From Chloroflexota bacterium (GTDB taxonomy: Bacteria; Chloroflexota; Dehalococcoidia; UBA2979), in the NCBI GenBank assembly GCA_027593235.1, contig JAQCIU010000014.1, positions 12,581 through 76,580 on the forward strand: DNA of 64,000 nt, given 5' to 3'. The notes under the pieces are model-generated. The model ran no database searches. It was not told the DNA's origin and saw only the letters and a program-made list of their open reading frames with translations. Below are positions 60,533 through 64,000 of the stretch, one piece after another; the stretch's first letter is position 1, and the number at the start of each line of letters is the position of its first letter. The translations under genes were made by a program, and so were the position numbers.

Positions 60533-60769
60533 TTACGTCGCCCAGTCCGGCTTCTTGATCGCACTGACCTCGCTGCGGCCGAACTCGCGCTGCAGCTCCG
60601 TGTTGAGCTTCTCGGTCAGCAGTGCCATCGCGGCGGTGCCCGGAGCGGTGTCCGTGCGCCAGCGGCGAATCGCCGCCTTGTCACTGCGATCGAGGCTCAG
60701 CTCGACGATCTCGTCGACGATCGCGTCGAGCATCGCGTTGACCTCTTCGGCCGTGAATTCGACTTTCAT
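60533..60769 (-). CDS. small hypothetical protein (paralog of 60766..61029)
   Basis: 78 aa; ATGA overlap with the upstream gene; shared R.WR....PG......T..LN..L motif. Confidence 0.7.
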   Translation of the reverse strand: MKVEFTAEEVNAMLDAIVDEIVELSLDRSDKAAIRRWRTDTAPGTAAMALLTEKLNTELQREFGRSEVSAIKKPDWAT

Positions 60770-61029
60770 TGCCAGCGCTCCGCCTGCGACACCTTGCGTT
60801 TGCCCTTCACGCGCATCATCCGCGTGGTCCGTTCGTCGATGTGGTTCCCGAGCCGTTCGTTGAGGAACACGGTGAACTCATCGAGTTCCCTGTTTCCGGG
60901 ATCACGCTGCCGCCGCCATTCGCGGACCAGCCTGCGCCCCTCCTCGGAGAGGTCGATGTTATCGAGGAGCAGCGCACTGACCAGGGTCAGCGCGACATGC
61001 GACTCGTCAGAGTTGAGTACAACGTTCAT
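60766..61029 (-). CDS. small hypothetical protein (paralog of 60533..60769)
   Basis: ATG at 61029 after AGGAG; 87 aa; shared motif. Confidence 0.7.
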   Translation of the reverse strand: MNVVLNSDESHVALTLVSALLLDNIDLSEEGRRLVREWRRQRDPGNRELDEFTVFLNERLGNHIDERTTRMMRVKGKRKVSQAERWQ

Positions 61030-61083
61030 TGGGACTCCTGTACCGGACATGCTCCCGCGCGAAACCGCGCACGGCAAGCGCCG

Positions 61084-61839
61084 CTAACGGTTCTCAAAGC
61101 GTGGCGGGCGTTTCTCCACGAATGCTTGTACGCCCTCAGCACGGTCAGCGGTTGTCTGGAGTATGACCGTCAGGTCCAATTCCGCGCGCAATCCCTCCGC
61201 CAACGGCAGCTCCGATCCGCGCCGCACCGCCTCTTTGGCGAGCCGCGTGGCGATCGGACCGCGCGACGCGATGGTCGTCGCGATCGCCAGCGCCGCCGTC
61301 TCGAGGTCAGCATCCGAGGCTAGCTCGGACACGAGACCGATGCGCAACGCCTCGGTCGCGTCGACCGCCTCGCCGGTGAGCAGCATGCGCAATGCGTGGG
61401 CGCGGCCAATCGCGCGTGGGAGCCGCTGCGTGCCGCCGCCGCGCGGCACAACACCGAGGCTGGTCTCCGGCATCGCGAAGCGCGCGCCCTGCGCGGCGAC
61501 GCGGATATCGCAGGCAAGCGCCAGTTCGAGGCCTGCCGAGGCCGCTTCGCCACGGATCGCCGCAACGACCGGTTGCGGAATCGCGGCGACGGCATCGAAA
61601 GTCGCGCCCAGCGGCGGCAGCCCGGCAATCACATCCTCGCCGAGGGCAGCGGCCGACCAGCCGCTCCCGAAGTCGGCGCCCGAGGCGACGACGACCGCGT
61701 AGACGTCGGCGGTGCGCCCGCGCAGTTCCGTCGCGGCCGCGCTCAGCGCGTCGAGCGCCCCGCGATCGAAGCGCGCGTCGGGCAGCGCGAGGCGTAGCGT
61801 GGCGACGTGATCCTGGACCTCGAGCGTGACGACAGACAT
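61084..61839 (-). CDS. enoyl-CoA hydratase/isomerase (divergent N-terminus)
   Basis: AGLELALACDIR, PETSLG..GGGTQRLPR, EG..AF.EKR.P.F; ATG at 61839 after GGAGGAG. Confidence 0.88.
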   Translation of the reverse strand: MSVVTLEVQDHVATLRLALPDARFDRGALDALSAAATELRGRTADVYAVVVASGADFGSGWSAAALGEDVIAGLPPLGATFDAVAAIPQPVVAAIRGEAASAGLELALACDIRVAAQGARFAMPETSLGVVPRGGGTQRLPRAIGRAHALRMLLTGEAVDATEALRIGLVSELASDADLETAALAIATTIASRGPIATRLAKEAVRRGSELPLAEGLRAELDLTVILQTTADRAEGVQAFVEKRPPRFENR

Positions 61840-62026
61840 CGATCGCTCCTCCGCGTTGGGCCGCGAACGTACGGACCCGCCGATCCGCGCGTCAACGCGG
61901 GGGCTGGACGGCGCGCCGTGTGATTGCGAGCATGCGCCGCGATCCCGGGTTCGCGCGCGCTCGTCGGCCGGCGCGCTTCGACGCACAACCGCGACCCGGC
62001 GATAATGAACGCGAGAGGCGGGGCAG

Positions 62027-62446
62027 ATGAGATTTCACCGTAGCGATCTTCCCGGGCTCTTGATCGCCATCGGCGCGCCGGTCGGGCTGATGTTGCTCTT
62101 CCTCGCCGCCTTCGACACGTGGCACCACCACGGCACGCCGCTGCTCGGTGCGATGGCCGCGAACCTGGCGATCGGCGGCGGCCTGCTGGCCGCGTTCACA
62201 CGCTTCATCCGCAACTGGGACGTGATCCTCGGATTCTTCCTCGCACTCGTGATCTCGGTGGTGACCGTGATCGTGCTGCAGCAGACGGATCACGACGGCA
62301 CCGCGCTCGCGACGACGCTGAAGTGGGTCGGCGTGATCGTCTTCCTCGGCCTCAACGTGCTTATCCCGCTGCAGATCCTCAGCAACGGCGTGATTCCGAT
62401 GCTGAACCGCAACGAGGCACGGCGCGCCGCCGAGTCCGAGGCGTAG
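62027..62446 (+). CDS. four-TM membrane protein of unknown function
   Basis: four hydrophobic segments; first gene of a plus-strand cluster. Confidence 0.65.
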   Translation: MRFHRSDLPGLLIAIGAPVGLMLLFLAAFDTWHHHGTPLLGAMAANLAIGGGLLAAFTRFIRNWDVILGFFLALVISVVTVIVLQQTDHDGTALATTLKWVGVIVFLGLNVLIPLQILSNGVIPMLNRNEARRAAESEA

Positions 62447-62455
62447 CGAACCGCC

Positions 62456-63439
62456 GTGACCACCTCCGAACGTTCGTCGCTTGCGAGCACCGCCCCGCTC
62501 TCCGTACCGCGCGCCGCGCTGGAGATGGTCGCCGCCTGGATGGGCAGCCGCTTCTATCGCACCTTTCGCATCGCCGATGAACCCTCCGAGGTCTTCGACG
62601 CCATCCTCAACCAGCGCGATCGCCGGATCGGCGTCACCGTCGGCCTGCTCTGGGCCGAAGATGCGCCGCCGCCCGATCCCGGGTTCGAGGAACTGCTGGC
62701 CGCCGATCTGGAAACGGACGCCGGCTTCGTGGCCTGGCTCCCCCCGGGTGCCACGCTGCCAACCGAGGAACCATCCCGCTCCGATCTGCGCGTGCTCCTG
62801 GGCAACGGCCTGAAGGGCCTGGAACCCGGCGAGCGCCGCGAGGTGCGGATCCCGGTCACGCTCCAACTCGCGAAGATCCAGGCGGACGGCGCCTACGTCT
62901 CCGTGACCGGCGGCCTGTCGAGCGCCTGGACCACGATCTCCGAAGGCATCGACGGCGCCTTCCACCTCGATTCCCGCCCGCTCCACCGGTTGCCGGCCGA
63001 GGCCGCCGAGTTGGACATCATCATTTCGCGGGTCCGTGATCGCGCCGCGCTGCTCAACACCGAGGAGTTCACGGACGTCCACGTCCACGACTACTGGCTC
63101 GTTTCGCGGCTGCCGGCGGACAGCCCGCCCGGCGCGGTAATCGTCGGCGCCCCCGCGGATCTGGATCCGAAGGACGGCGTCCCGATCCGGCGCGCCTTCC
63201 GCCGTGCCGTCGAACGCGCGGTGGCGCAGCGGCGTGCGGGCGACAGCGACCTCTCCGTGTTGATCCTCGTGAGCGCACTCGCGCACATGGAGGACGAACT
63301 CGTCACCGCGGCGCTGAAGGGCATGAACCCGGCGCTCTATGGCGAGCTGGATCTGATTGTGTTGGTGGCGGATGGCTCTGTTCGACAGGTGCTGCAGCCA
63401 CGATCCTTGCCCTGGGAGCGAGAACGGACACACGCGTGA
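62456..63439 (+). CDS. hypothetical protein
   Basis: 327-aa ORF with protein-like composition, tightly packed between neighbours (GTGA overlap downstream). Confidence 0.65.
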   Translation: MTTSERSSLASTAPLSVPRAALEMVAAWMGSRFYRTFRIADEPSEVFDAILNQRDRRIGVTVGLLWAEDAPPPDPGFEELLAADLETDAGFVAWLPPGATLPTEEPSRSDLRVLLGNGLKGLEPGERREVRIPVTLQLAKIQADGAYVSVTGGLSSAWTTISEGIDGAFHLDSRPLHRLPAEAAELDIIISRVRDRAALLNTEEFTDVHVHDYWLVSRLPADSPPGAVIVGAPADLDPKDGVPIRRAFRRAVERAVAQRRAGDSDLSVLILVSALAHMEDELVTAALKGMNPALYGELDLIVLVADGSVRQVLQPRSLPWERERTHA

Positions 63440-63861
63440 GCATCATCGTTCGCCAGGCCAGGGACAGCGACGCACTCGCGATTCGGCGGCTCGTCACCGA
63501 GGGACTGCTCCTCGCCGGCTTCGACGCTCCCTCGGTGGAGCGTGACAGCGACCTGCTCGATCTCGGCTACTACCGCGAGCCCGGGCGCGGGATGTGGGTC
63601 GCCGTCGGCGCGGAGGAACGGGTGGTCGGCTGCGCGGCGATCGACCGAGGTGACGGCGGCTTCGCGACGCTGCGGCGGCTTGCCGGCGACGCGATGCCGG
63701 AGTTGACCGCCGCGGCCGTCGCGTTCGCCCAGGGCCGTGGCTACGCCGGCGTCGAGACGGTGATCCCGGCGGCGATGGCCGAAGCACGGGACGCGGTCCG
63801 CCTCGAAGGCTTCGCCAGCGAGAACGGCGGCAACGATCTGCTCTTCCGCAAACCGCTCTAG
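63436..63861 (+). CDS. GNAT-family acetyltransferase-like protein
   Basis: IRQA...D, WVA....VVGC, LRRL pattern; canonical acetyl-CoA loop not evident. Confidence 0.65.
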   Translation: MSIIVRQARDSDALAIRRLVTEGLLLAGFDAPSVERDSDLLDLGYYREPGRGMWVAVGAEERVVGCAAIDRGDGGFATLRRLAGDAMPELTAAAVAFAQGRGYAGVETVIPAAMAEARDAVRLEGFASENGGNDLLFRKPL

Positions 63862-63877
63862 CTGTACTGACCACACA

Positions 63878-63948
63878 CCTGCGAGACGGCTGACTGCGGA
63901 GGGACCTCCAGCGAGACTGGGAAGTGTGAAGCACCCAGAACTCGCAGG
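63878..63948 (+). promoter_or_regulatory. candidate structured leader RNA sequestering an RBS
   Basis: CCTGCGAG / CTCGCAGG closing stem enclosing two hairpins; 3' arm overlaps AGGAGG. Confidence 0.35.
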
Positions 63949-63956
63949 AGGTCCCG

Positions 63957-64000
63957 ATGTCCGATCCTAAGTCGCCGCCGCTCAGGATGCGCTTCTCGTA
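63957..64000 (+). CDS. N-terminus of a gene running off the window (MSDPKSPPLRMRFS...)
   Basis: AGGAGG RBS, ATG at 63957, open to the window edge. Confidence 0.4.
   Translation, partial: MSDPKSPPLRMRFS

Overview
GC-rich, gene-dense bacterial chromosomal window. I saw no rRNA, tRNA, CRISPR array, transposase or integrase. Gene content and protein style suggest Chloroflexota (Dehalococcoidia-like), but that is inference and not shown. Core genes: a complete F1Fo ATP synthase operon followed by murA and mreB, plus rex, ispH, pabB and a class IV aminotransferase, pyrF, murI, cinA, coaE and glnD. Acyl-CoA/redox metabolism is prominent: crotonyl-CoA carboxylase/reductase, a Cys-less thiolase with a DUF35 partner, two hotdog thioesterases, two enoyl-CoA hydratases, an acyl-CoA ligase, a FadF/EMO-type membrane Fe-S oxidoreductase with EtfBA, a stand-alone GltD-like protein and a P450. 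Two MoxR-type AAA systems are present (MoxR-DUF58-DUF4129, and CbbQ/NorQ with a very long CbbO/NorD-type VWA partner). Most notable observations: (1) the last 27 nt of one gene, stop codon included, occur four times in tandem; (2) two otherwise intact genes (P450 and an OmpR-type regulator) each carry a single in-frame TAG; (3) a TGACG-N4-CGTNA-like palindrome recurs in four intergenic regions; (4) the CbbQ/CbbO pair has no known client nearby and CbbO carries a helical-repeat N-terminus; (5) ATP synthase c and b subunits have signal-peptide-like leaders and subunit a has a ~100-aa insertion; (6) a Rieske-like protein without cluster ligands and a pair of small paralogous unknown proteins sit among the crotonase genes; (7) a structured leader RNA candidate lies at the right edge.
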